Positions 1 to 9,600 of a stretch of 36,660 nucleotides of DNA are shown piece after piece (within the stretch, counting starts at the first letter, position 1; each line of letters starts with the position of its first letter). The translations under genes and the position numbers were made by a program. Below the pieces are notes generated by a model, which worked only from the letters and a program-made list of their open reading frames with translations, made no database searches and was not told the origin of the DNA. This stretch comes from Catajapyx aquilonaris (lineage: Eukaryota): contig KZ539008.1 of NCBI GenBank assembly GCA_000934665.2, positions 1 to 36,660 on the forward strand, written 5' to 3'.

Positions 1-92
1 GGGGGGGTTCCAATTGATACCACGGTCGGTCACTGGGGGGGTGGGGGTCAAAAAGTGCCCGAAAATCGGTCACGTGGTATATGGACGACCCC
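1..92. mobile_element. Right end of a PIF/Harbinger-like MITE
   Basis: ggggg..tcaaaaa..cacgtggtatatggacgacccc followed by TTA resembles the GGGGTCGTCCATA..ACGT terminus common in insect MITEs with TTA/TAA targets. The left end is outside the window. Confidence 0.5.
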
Positions 93-627
93 TTAACTAC
101 GCTGGTGGAGCCTGAGAGGCTCCAACCACTATTTAAACGCATGTAACTTTTTAATTAAATGTTTTTTCCCCCTGTCCTTCCATGACTTTGTCACAAAACC
201 CTACCTAAGCATGAAAAGAAGAAAAAAAAATCTTTTAGTTGCCATTCATTGGCTGAAAAAAATTCGTAACGAGGAACAGGTCCCACCTTGGAGCCACTCA
301 GGCTCCACCTACGTAGTAAAGGGTGCTGTCGTTTTCCCTATCTCCGTGGAGAGCGTCTGAATAGGGAAAACGACAGCACCCTTTACTAGTAGGTGGTGCC
401 TGAGCCGCTCCAGGTGGGACCTGTTCCTTGTTTTTTTTCTGTCGGAATATATGGACTCAGCGTGTGATTTTTATGTTTTCGGAAGCCTAATTATCTGAAC
501 TGCACTTTTTGTTGAAAAGTCCAATATACCAATTGAGCTGAAAAGCAGAGATTGAAATATACCTTTGCAGCCGCTGAGGCTCCACCTACGTAGTTAAAGG
601 TGTTTCGGCCACCTATGTAGTTAAGGG
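90..627. mobile_element. piggyBac-like non-autonomous element with repeated terminal units and internal palindrome
   Basis: Left end cccttaactacgctggtgg and right end ccacctatgtagttaaggg followed by TTAA (628-631). The unit ggctccacctacgtagt(t)aaggg recurs five times in both orientations. Confidence 0.6.
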
Positions 628-1490
628 TTAAGATGGTACAAGGCTAGTAAAATTACTGAGTTTCTTAAGACAACTTGTACCAGGTTCATCATTATCAGTC
701 ACGAACCTCCAGATGTGTTTATTAGTTACTACACGTGTCTATGAGGCTTTCTTTTTTGCATGCCATCTTCGAGTGTGACCTTAAGGTAATCTGTGGCCTT
801 GAAGCACAGCTATGTGCACACACAAGAATTGTTACCAGTAATAACAAGGCACACATACCTTCCATATTAGATTGTACAATATTCTGAACCTTGGCAACAA
901 GGTACCCCCCCTCCCCCATGCAAAATCAATGAAATAAACATACCAACCTTTCAGAACAAACTTGAGGTCATAAACAACCCTGAGTACACAGTAACTGCAA
1001 CCTTGAACTAAGCGAAACGGGAGTACGCAAGTAACTAATCAATGGCATAAATGCACAACCTCATGCAGGCCTCCCGTATTCCCTGCATAACACTGGCGCA
1101 ACATGTTGTGTTGTGATTTGGTTACCTGCACATAAAGCATGCACCGGTATGTTCAACAGTCCTGTTACAAGGGTACCAGTCGTCCACTTTTTTGGGGGGA
1201 TGTGTCCACTAATGACCACACAAGCTGTCCCCCCACCTAATCATGCATGATGATGGTAATGACGAGCCATACCTCTGACCCCCCCTTAACCCTTCTATAG
1301 CCGGCCTCCCTGCCCCATAACCATCAGCTGCTGCGGAGACAATGACCGCCCCCTCCTCCTCCTCCTCCCAAGAGACATACCCACATGAAAGCAACACCCC
1401 CGAAAATCGACCACCTTTTCCCACCTTCTCTGGCGGGTGGGAATCGAACTAGGGACCAAGAGATGGGCTCCCTCCTCCCCCCTCACTCAC

Positions 1491-2250
1491 TCATCATGCT
1501 GGTCCTTCCTCCTCCTCCCACAAATGCATGTAATTAAAAAGAGATGAAAAAGAAGACGTACACAGCAGCAGTGTCAGCAACCGGCGTGAATCCAGGAATC
1601 CCCCTCTTCAAGATGGGGGGGTCCGCCCTTGACTGTCCGACCGGTGCGGACCCGTCCTGTCCAGAGGCACAGTCCGCCGAGAGACTGACCCTCGCCGGTC
1701 CCTCTTGTGGTCAGTCCCACTGCAGTGCTTTCGGACGGACAGGAGCACTGCGTACGGTGACTGGCTTGACCGGGGCACTGTCGGTGTCAGTCTCCGGCCT
1801 GACCGCCTGGTTGTCCGATACTGTGAGGGAAGGAGAGGAGAGGGAGGGAGGAGAAGAAGGAGGAGGGGAAGGTAGTGTGGTGGGGAGAAGGAGAGAGAAT
1901 GAAGGGAGAGGGAGCGGGGAGGAGGAGGACCCGGTGCTCCAGTCGGGGGGACGAGGCCGACACAAAGGAAATATCAGAGAGAGAGAGAGAGAGAGGCAGG
2001 CCAGGCACTGGGCAGGCGGAGGAGAGGAGGAGGAGGAGGAGGGGAGCACTCTCTTCTCTTCTCTTTTTTTCTCTCTCTTCTCTCCCTCTCTCTCCACACC
2101 CCGCCTTCCCCCCCCCCCAAGTTGGTGTTTTTGCTCTCTCTCTGGCTGGTAGGGGAAGGAGAAGCACTCGCCGGATTAATTTGCCTCACTGGAGGGTAGA
2201 TGGCGGGGGTGTGAATAGAGCGTGTCTCCTGGAGGAGGCAGCACTGGTGC
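1491..2250 (-). other. Probable first exon (long 5'UTR plus ATG ATG A|GT start segment) of an unidentified gene running off the left end
   Basis: The minus strand reads ccagcATGATGA|gtgagtgagg (ATG at 1497, donor at 1490). Upstream is a GC/CpG-rich UTR-like stretch with CT/CCT tracts and a (GA)n repeat (~1977-1994). The upstream boundary is approximate. Confidence 0.45.
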
Positions 2251-2428
2251 ACAATAGCAGGGGAAGAGCGCGAAAGTTGACACGCGGCTTATGGCAGACT
2301 GCGGCATCTTTTTTTCATTTCTATAGGGGGCTGGTGTTGTCTAGGATCTTTACAACATCCCGAATCAAATGGCCCCTGCACTCGATCTGTAGTTATTAGT
2401 GGCGTTTAAAAAAAAGGATGGCCTGATC

Positions 2429-2718
2429 CAGGGGCGGATCCNNNNNNNNNNNNNNNNNNNNNNNNNNNNNNNNNNNNNNNNNNNNNNNNNNNNNNNNNNN
2501 NNNNNNNNNNNNNNNNNNNNNNNNNNNNNNNNNNNNNNNNNNNNNNNNNNNNNNNNNNNNNNNNNNNNNNNNNNNNNNNNNNNNNNNNNNNNNNNNNNNN
2601 NNNNNNNNNNNNNNNNNNNNNNNNNNNNNNNNNNNNNNNNNNNNNNNNNNNNNNNNNNNNNNNNNNNNNNNNNNNNNNNNNNNNNNNNNNNCCCCCCCCC
2701 CCCCTGGATCCGCCCATG
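2429..2718. mobile_element. hAT-type MITE spanning the assembly gap
   Basis: TIRs caggggcggatcc / ggatccgcccatg and a perfect 8-bp TSD gcctgatc (2421-2428, 2719-2726). Confidence 0.85.
2442..2691. other. Assembly gap (250 N)
   Basis: Run of N, lying inside the MITE next to a poly-C tract. Confidence 0.99.
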
Positions 2719-3498
2719 GCCTGATCATGCGCTTGCTGTGCAGCCTCGTGTGTTATCACACCCAGCAAGCACCACTAGAACGGATATTGTCATGTCATGT
2801 CGTGGCATTGAAGAAATAGTGAGATGGTCATACTGGAATGAAAAACTACTTTCCCCGATATCATGTACTGGCACTAACCCTGTCCTAATCACAATGGTAA
2901 ACTCCCTCATAGCCAGTACTTTCACCACTGGTGCAACTGAAAGATATGAATTCAGACTTTCCATTACCCATTTGCACAAAAAACATCTTAAAAATCACCT
3001 GCCTTACCCTCATTCAGTTTTTCCACACCTACAGTATGCTTCCTGACTTGCCACAAAGTCTGTTGCTGACTCAACCTAATGAGTACCGGTAATGATGTGG
3101 TTGCTTCACTTGGGGAAAAATGACATTGCTGAAGAGCAATTTTTTAAAAAAAAGAGAGAATGAGAGGATGGAATTAGAGGGGTCAAGGTACAATGAGATT
3201 TGGATTACCTTTTTGCAGGTTGGGAAGGCATGGAATGCAAGCAGAACCACTTTGGCACTGCCAACTGAGATTCGGCTTCTCTGGGTATTTTTCTCAGAAA
3301 AAGTGGACTGAATGAAACTTGAACAAAAATCGACTTAATATTTTCAGTACTTCCTTGGCAAATCTGGATGAATAAAATAAATTGATTTCATACAACTGAT
3401 GATTTTGGGATATAAATGTATTTTCATGAAATAAAATTGTACTTAAAATGTATAAGTTCACATGCTTCAGCATTCTTTTCCAGGCAGCATTTGACACA

Positions 3499-6391
3499 TC
3501 AGTCATAGATGGAAGAAAAATAGTCTTGGTACACCGCTATGTAAGTCTCTTTTTCTGAAGATGTCATTTTTGCAATAATGTCGTCGGTAACATCAGTCAC
3601 ACGCATCTCCTGATCACCAATGGTTACTGTAGGCACATGGTCCTCCTCTTCAACATCCATCATTCCAGCTGAAAGGAAACAACTTGATTAACAAATGTAT
3701 CCATACTTTCATAATGAGTAGAGAACGGATTTCTAGGTTCTAAAAAACCCTCAAATAGGTAGGCATTTAGGCCCTGAAAACAGTCAAAATAGGCTCTTAA
3801 ATAGGCACTATAAATCAGGCTGGTTCTAATTTATTTTAATTTCTACACAATGGAATTTTGCAGCATAGTAACAAACTAGCAGTTATTCCATATTTTCGGT
3901 GGTTAATCGCAGTTATTCGGTGACAGTTAACATCCTCCCTCACGGGGAGCCAATATGGCAGATAGAAAACCCGTCGGGCCGAATGTAGCAGCTTATTTAA
4001 CGGCTATTAATAGCAGTTATTTCGAGTCGCAATAACTGTTAACGGCATATTTCCCGGGATCTTGCCGATCAACCGCTTCTTCGCTTGTCACAGGTTGAAG
4101 TGGGAGGGATTTCTTGAACGGAAAACCTGCAGAACTCTCGAAAATCTTACCGAATGGCGTGAAAAAGCTCGAAATAGGCACTAATAGGTGCTAATGGGCC
4201 ATTTAGGTCCCAACACCCGAAATAGGCATTTTTAGGTTCTATAAAACTACGATTTTTGAGGTCCTTGTGTTATGAAACGGATAGATATTTTGGTTCCGGT
4301 GTTCTGCCTACAAAAGAAAAAGTAGGTAAAAACCTAGAAATCCGTTCTCTAATAATGAGTTTCCCTGCACAACAGGCTGCAACAAATGCCATAATGGGCT
4401 TAGGGTGTACCTTGGGTATTACAGAAATGCCTACTGCAGAAATATTTGAGGTCCTGTCAGCAAGACATAATTTACCCTGAATTTTTGTCAATATAATGGA
4501 AATATCCAACCAGTAAAAAGAAGGTTCTCGTTTCTATGGCATGCACCTGTGGGTTACGAGATGATCCTTTGAGCGAAGGGCAGCTCCATAAGAAGGGCAT
4601 AAATTGCTAAAAACGGTTTAGTCTTTAGTGCATATGCTAGTGGTCTGCCTTAAGATTCCTCCACCCTTGCCCCATCCCACCAAGAAAATGAAGTGCTACT
4701 TGGCTAACCTTCCACTTCAGCAGCAGCAGCTTCTACATTCTCCATTTCAGCATCACTTGATTCACTGTCACTGTCACTCTGTCCTGGTATAAAGTGCTTT
4801 TCTGCCGAACTTTTCTTTTCATGTGCTAACAACATGGCCATAATGTCATCTTGCGCTTTGTTTGTAGGCTCAGCAGGCATTGGTGCAACCTCCGGAATCT
4901 CTGCTGCCTCTGGAGCAATAGGCGCCACAGTACTCTCCACCATCCATATTGGCCGCTCCTTGCGAACTTGTGCGGAAGGAGCTCCTGCAGCATCGCCAAT
5001 GGTGATATCCACTCGCGTTTCCTCCACATGAAAACCTTGCCTGCGGGAAGCCTCCCCTGACCAAGCACCTTCCCCAGGTGCCCGATGGCCATCTTTGGAG
5101 CTATCCCCTTTGAGGGCACTAATGTCTGTCGGCTCTGGTTCAAGAACCTCGGGAGCAAGGCGTATATCCTCAACCCGCTGCAACAGTTCGTAAAGGGGCC
5201 CCATTTGTTGATTAAAGGTGGCCAGAAGCACTTTGGAGTCACGCGTTGCTGCAGCACACTCATCTTCTTCCACAACCGAGGAGCAGAAAGTGCAGCGAAA
5301 CTCCTGGCTCATGGGGTCAAACAGCTGGAGAGTTCAACAAATGCATAACAACCCACATTTTTGATTGATCTCAGAATTGATGTACACAAGATTCAACCAA
5401 CTACACAAGTGTAATGCGTGTGATGTTTGGGAGCCTGGGATTGAGGTTAAGGTGAAAAAATAGGACCTAGGAAAAAAATATCCACTATGACACTAGTATA
5501 TTTATCTTGGTAGCTACAGTGAAACCTCGATATAACGCTCCTGCATATAACGCTTTTCCACTTTTAACGTCCCTTTTTTAGTCCCTTGATCTCTTCCATG
5601 AGGTAAATTTTCCTGCATATAACGGTATACTTTTGGGCGGTTCCTTGAAGAGCATTATATCGAGGTTTTACTGTATTAGTTCTGTCTCAATGGTTCAGGT
5701 ATTCATAAACATGCAAGGAAAAAGATATTTGAAATACAGTAATTCGGCAAAAAAAAAAACCGAGGTCAAATATTTGACCTTTTGACCTCGACACTCTGAC
5801 AGCCGTTACGAGATTGCTATTAGTACATCATAAAAGGGTATATACATGTATAGTACAGTACATGTTCCTGAATGATTTGTTTTAGTAACAATTTTTGATT
5901 ACGAGGAAAAAACTGTTGGGTGACATTCTGGAAATTTTTTAGTTGAACTCTCCTGGGCATACCTGGTCAGCTTCAAGATCAGTGAAGGTCTTCTGGCAGG
6001 AGGGGCATTTGAAGCTGGCCCTGGAAGTGGCATCCCTCTCCTCCGTCTCCATCCGCTTGCGCATGTGATCCAGCCTGTATTTGACCATGTTGACAAACAC
6101 CTTGTAGTTGATGAAGTAATAGTTGACCTTCTGTGCCTTCCCATCCGCCCCGGTCTCCATCCTCAGCCTGCTCTGCAAGAACTTGTCGTTCTTGAGCGTG
6201 GTGATCTTGGCCCGCAGCATCTTCTTCTCGAACTTGAGCAGCTCGCATATATCGTCCTCCTTCATGCAGGGGTTCCTGACCAGCATGTCGATTATGAGGG
6301 AGTCCTCTAGGGTGAAGAAGCCCCTCACCACCAGCCGGGCCAGCTGCTTCAAGCTGCTGGGTATCTCCGTCACCAGTTGCTGCGAGTCCAT
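3499..6391 (-). CDS. GTF2E1: General transcription factor IIE subunit alpha; exons 6391-5963, 5324-4709, 3668-3499 (404 aa)
   Basis: N-terminal winged-helix region (LKQLARLVVRGF...YYFINYKVFVNMVKYRLDHMRKRME), zinc ribbon CPSC...CTFC split by intron 1, and acidic C-terminal domain (DHVPTVTIGDQEMRVTDVTDDIIAKMTSSEKETYIAVYQDYFSSIYD*). Introns are GT-AG with compatible phases (0, 1): CAG|gtatgc...ctccag|CTG and GAAG|gttagc...tttcag|CT. Total 1215 nt. Confidence 0.96.
3719..4351. mobile_element. Non-autonomous DNA transposon (8-bp TSD, hAT-like) in TFIIE-alpha intron 2
   Basis: Perfect 21-bp TIR tagagaacggatttctaggtt / aacctagaaatccgttctcta, perfect TSD ataatgag (3711-3718, 4352-4359), and subterminal aaataggc(a) repeats near both ends. 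Confidence 0.9.
5517..5673. mobile_element. pogo/Tigger-like MITE in TFIIE-alpha intron 1
   Basis: 24-bp TIR cagtgaaacctcgatataacgctc / gagcattatatcgaggttttactg (2 mismatches), flanked by TA on both sides. Confidence 0.88.
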
Positions 6392-6699
6392 ATCTGCTTG
6401 CTCGTCACGTGGCCGCCTCGGGTCCTCCTCTGCCCTGCATCACGGCTCCAGGTAAAGTACCTAAAGTACCATTGCCCTTCTTCGTGGCCCTGTTCATCAC
6501 CAGTGGATGGCCCGAATGTCTTCCCTCCGGAGCGACGCCATTCCTCCCCAGGCTGCCCTGCGTGCGTCGATTTGAGGCGGGAAAAGGGCCAGTCGGACGC
6601 GCCCGCCAACCTTACCTTTGTCACATTGCCCTCTGTTGATCCTCCGCTTCTGGCTGTGTGACTCTGCGGGGTTCTGGGAATCACAGTCTAGCGGGAGAG
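6392..6699. promoter_or_regulatory. Bidirectional promoter between TFIIE-alpha and PRIM1 with E2F-type sites
   Basis: 308-bp GC/CpG-rich spacer between divergent ATGs. Contains GGCGGGAAA (reverse complement TTTCCCGCC, E2F consensus) at 6576-6584 and related GCCCGCCAA (6601-6609) and GCGGGAGA (6691-6698). Confidence 0.7.
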
Positions 6700-9600
6700 A
6701 TGGAGGGCAAGTTCGACGACACATTCCTGCAGGAAAACCTCTCCGTTTACTACAGCCGGCTCTTCCCATACTCCCTCTTCTACAAGTGGCTCTCGTATGG
6801 AAATGGTGAGGAGCTGTTGTTACATGTGGGGTGGACGGGATATTGATGTCGGGGATTACCTTTACAGTGGAGAAGAATTACTTTGCACACCGCGAGTTCT
6901 CCTTCACTCTGGCTGATGATATCTACATACGGTACCAGTCGTTTTGCAGCCAGGAGGAGATGACCAAGGAGATTCAGAAGCGGTGCCCACACAAGATTGA
7001 TATTGGAGCTGTGTTTACTTTCAGGTAAATTGAAGGTATTGAGGGGTGAACAAGTTCTTGCATGTTGAGGTCATCACTGCCTTGGTTGGAGCATTTTGCC
7101 CACGTTAGCTGTGAGCCAACCAATCAGTGGCCACTTTTGGGGGTCTTCACCAGGTTTTGGCAGTAATACATACCTCTATTCCTTGCACATGTACGCTTTC
7201 TGAGGGAAAACACTGTGTGCGGAGAAACATTTACCATAAGGGGATACAAATAAATGTGTCACAACTTGCTGCCCATTTTCGAACTCATTTTCTCTCTCTT
7301 TCCATGACAATAAGTCACCCAGAAGCTATGACTGTGGACCTAAGATGTGCTTTCCATTCAACTGAATGTCCGCATGCATTGTGTCCCAAAAATAATTCAA
7401 ACGTTTCTCCTCAATAATAAGCAGTTTAGTGCCAAAAAATCGCTAACCATTGCAGGCATTTAATTGGAACGCAATGAATATGTGGTCAATTGATTATTTG
7501 AGTGAGAGCTCATCTGACTGTCACAGATGTCATTTGCTACAAGTAGATCTACCATCTATAAACAATCAAACCTGTAAATGGGTGTGAAACTTATCTAAGA
7601 AGAACAATATTTCTGCTTTACCATCCTCCCTTTTAAAAAAAGCTGCATCGGGCCATTGCAATAAGGTCATACTTTCATTTCAGTTATCGGAAAACATTAC
7701 TGCAACATACAGATGCATGTTTTTAAAAATAGAATGACAGTAATGCACTCACCTAGTGTGAGTACATCAGATAGGGAGCTACCCAGTGAGCATGACATAA
7801 TTATAATCTATATTTTCTGTAACAAATTAGGCCCAAGGATCATCGCACAGTGACCTTGTTCCGGCCCCTGGAGAAAGAGCTAGTGTTTGACATCGACATG
7901 ACTGACTATGATGAGGTTCGACGCTGCTGTAGTGGTGCAGATGTGTGCAGTATGTGCTGGCGGTTCATGTGTGTGGCTGTGAAGATTCTGGATTCAGCTT
8001 TGAGGGAAGACTTTGGGTTTGATCATCTTTTGTGGGTGTTCTCCGGACGGAGAGGGATTCATTGCTGGGTTTGTGATGCTGGAGCCAGGAAGCTGACTAC
8101 ACCAGAGAGGAGCTGTGTGGCAGAGTATTTACAGCTGGTCAAAGGAGGTACAGGCCAGGGCAAGAAAGTCTCCCTTATGGGAGATAGGCTGCATCCTTCT
8201 GTGCAGTAAGTATGCCCACATGTGTCAGGCCATTCGCAAACTAAGTGATAAGATTTATGGCAGTTGTAATTAAATATCTAGAAAGGCTTCTTCCTCTGCC
8301 TTCATTATCCTTTCTGTCTTGGATGGATGGATTGGAACAAATTACAGGCATCTCTGACACTGGAGAAAAGTCAAGTACTGAAAGTATTAGCTGAAACCTG
8401 CATGTGCAGCCTATGCATCTGAGTCACTTATTGTTAGTTTGCTTTTAGCCTGAATGTGATGCATGCTAGATGGATTTGTAGCACTGCATAGAGGAGCAGT
8501 TAAAATCTTTTATGGAGCTTAATGACAGACATAGTGTAATGCAGGGGTTCCCAACCTGGGAGTCGTGACCCCCCAAGGGGGCCGTGGAGCAGGTCCAGGG
8601 GGGCTGTGAGAGGCATTGTACCATATTTCTGTTTTGCATTAATATTGTGGGGAAAGTTCTTGTATTGTTTGGCTGCTTCATTAAAGATTTATGTATGTTA
8701 CTTTTGCAAGGGGGGCCGTGGAGAAATTTTAGGTGATTTGGGGGGCCGCGGGTGCAAAATGGTTGGGAACCCCTGGTGTAATGAAAGATTTGCGTGATGT
8801 ATAAAAATGAATACAATAGAACCCCGATAATCCGTCACCCACAGGACTGGGGCATTGCCAGATAACAGAAAAGGTCACATAATCTGAGGAGCAAAAGCGT
8901 AAGATATCATGAAATAATATACAATAGTAAACTTTTCTAAGTTGCCTTGGAATTGGGCAGGAGGCATCCCACAACATGGATTGCCCTCTAATTCCTCCGA
9001 GGCTAGATGAAATTCGCCCTTGGTTAATCCCAGTCGATTTTGCTTACCTATGCTAGACTGGTTCATGACTTGGGTACATTATTCAGGGTTTGGAAGTTTA
9101 ATCTACCGTTGCGTGGGGAAATGTAGAGGGGTTCTAGGCGATCAGTCGATCACTTTGAGTACATGCAACATGGGTCTCCGACACATAGTTGCCAAGATAA
9201 TTAGCAGTAAATAAAAAGCGCATTATCCCAGCTAATAGTTTCGGATACTGCTTACGACACTTCCACGCCTAGGACATTCCCTGCTACACCTAGCAGGATC
9301 ATAAATTTAAATTAAATTACATGGTAACGCCTTAAATTTAAATGAAGTTTCCGTGGAGGGACACATATGTGCCAGGATATTTTATACCTTGTGTGTGAAG
9401 CACATTATCTCGGTAACTATGCGTCGGAGACCCATGTCGCATATGCTCAAAGTGATCGCCTAGATCCCATCTATCATTTCCCAAAGCGCCAGTAGATTAA
9501 ATTTCTGAGCCCTGTAGATTAGGCTTGGAAGGTGGACATAGCCATCTATGGACATAGCCTAGCACTAGGTAGGTGTTAACTGCAGTTCACTGGTAACTGA

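Noticed and set aside
90..627. CRISPR-like repeat/spacer reading of the recurring ~30-bp unit
   Set aside because: Units alternate in orientation with irregular spacing, the context is eukaryotic and there are no cas genes. Fits transposon termini.
1126..1161. Possible 36-nt phase-1 micro-exon on the minus strand (aacag|...GCAG|gtaac)
   Set aside because: Frame-compatible with the ATGATGA exon, but the polypyrimidine tract is weak and there is no homology support.
1248..1278. Box C (ATGATGA) and box D (CTGA)-like pair
   Set aside because: Only ~30 nt apart with no terminal stem, too short for a C/D snoRNA.
1544..2399. Overlapping 92-202 aa ORFs on both strands
   Set aside because: Products of GA/CT low-complexity, stop-poor sequence with no recognisable domain. 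Better explained as 5'UTR/promoter.
2396..3046. ORFs crossing the N-run
   Set aside because: Artefacts of the assembly gap.
4826..6455. Alternative-frame and antisense ORFs over TFIIE-alpha exons (similar ones overlie IP3K1 exons)
   Set aside because: Shadows of real coding exons.
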